Below, piece after piece: positions 63,270 through 64,000 of a stretch of DNA of 64,000 nucleotides; within the stretch, counting starts at the first letter, position 1; each line of letters opens with the position of its first letter. A program made the translations under genes and the position numbers. This DNA comes from an uncultured Pelagibacteraceae bacterium. Its GTDB lineage: Bacteria > Pseudomonadota > Alphaproteobacteria > Pelagibacterales > Pelagibacteraceae. Location: assembly GCA_902529645.1 (NCBI GenBank), contig CABZXO010000004.1, positions 9,226-73,225 on the forward strand, read 5' to 3'. Below the pieces are notes generated by a model. That model made no database searches. It was given only the letters and a program-made list of their open reading frames with translations, and had not been told where the DNA came from.

Positions 63270-64000
63270 ATGAAAAAATTATTTATATTTTTGTTAATAT
63301 TTTTAAATATTGCTAATTATTCAAAGTCAGACGATTTCTTTGAAGATATAACTTACCAAATATTAGAAAATCAACCTAGATTAAGTTATGGTGTGTCCGT
63401 TTCAGATGTAAACAACGATGGAAATTTTGAATTTATTGTAACTGGATTTGGATTTAATAATTTAGCCTTAGCTAATAAAAAGGGTATTTTGTTCAATTCA
63501 ATTGATCAAAGTATATTTTTAGATAAAAATCGTAGAACTATTGGTGTTGCATCCTGCGATATTGATCAAGATGGTTATGAGGAAATATATTTTTTAAATA
63601 CAGATACTTATAGTGGGAACAAAAGATATTCAGACAGATTATTAGATTTTGATGGAAATAAATTTTTTGATTTATTTGAATTAGAAATAAACCAGAAAAA
63701 TTTAAATCTTACAGCAGGTAGATCAGTTGTATGTGTAGATAGAAATGGAAACGGAGCTTATGGAATATATGTTGCAAATTATGGAGGCCCAACAAGATTT
63801 TATGAAAAAGATGGAAATGAAATAATAGACAAAGCTTCAGAGCTAGGTATTGATAAAATTACTGGAGGTAGAGCGGTTATTTCAGGTAATATTTTATCTG
63901 GAAAATCTGATATTTTTGCTGCAAATGAAAGAGGGGAGAATTTTTTATATTATAATAATAATGGAAATTTTGTTGAACTTGCGAAAGATTATGCTGTTGA
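63270..64000 (+). CDS. CRTAC1/ASPIC-UnbV family FG-GAP repeat protein (runs off the window end)
   Basis: Not in the ORF track; translated by hand: signal peptide, YGVSVSDVNNDG, IGVASCDIDQDGYEEIYFLNT, AGRSVVCVDRNGNG, IYVANY, TGGRAV, DIFAANE. Confidence 0.85.
   Translation, partial: MKKLFIFLLIFLNIANYSKSDDFFEDITYQILENQPRLSYGVSVSDVNNDGNFEFIVTGFGFNNLALANKKGILFNSIDQSIFLDKNRRTIGVASCDIDQDGYEEIYFLNTDTYSGNKRYSDRLLDFDGNKFFDLFELEINQKNLNLTAGRSVVCVDRNGNGAYGIYVANYGGPTRFYEKDGNEIIDKASELGIDKITGGRAVISGNILSGKSDIFAANERGENFLYYNNNGNFVELAKDYAV

Noticed and set aside
1-64000. CRISPR arrays, prophage, integrase/transposase, tRNA or rRNA
   Set aside because: No repeat-spacer pattern, recombinase, phage structural gene or structural RNA other than the riboswitch was recognisable by eye

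Overview
AT-rich, extremely tightly packed bacterial chromosome segment whose gene content and order indicate a Pelagibacterales (SAR11) alphaproteobacterium (inference; no database search run). Left to right: blue-tuned proteorhodopsin followed by a desaturase, ferredoxin, ferredoxin reductase and GST; dksA with two unannotated micro-ORFs; an ArnT-like and a GT2 glycosyltransferase; an accessory island (about 7.1-15.3 kb) in which a complete ureDABCEFG urease operon without a urea or nickel transporter sits between three secreted polysaccharide-lyase-like paralogs; umuDC with a LexA box; core genes (tolC, recA, alaS, icd, psd, pssA, rlmE, guaBA, gloA, panB, pxpABC); a tandem glycine riboswitch with gcvTHP running straight into a cluster resembling furan-fatty-acid synthesis genes, then tspO; selO, NAD-linked formate dehydrogenase and Moco genes; a DMT transporter-creatinase-amidinotransferase unit; and a second variable patch of small or secreted ORFs ending in a truncated CRTAC1-like gene. 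No rRNA, tRNA, CRISPR array, integrase or transposase was seen. The strongest leads are the guanidino-compound module linked to urease, the probable furan fatty acid pathway and the lyase-paralog island.
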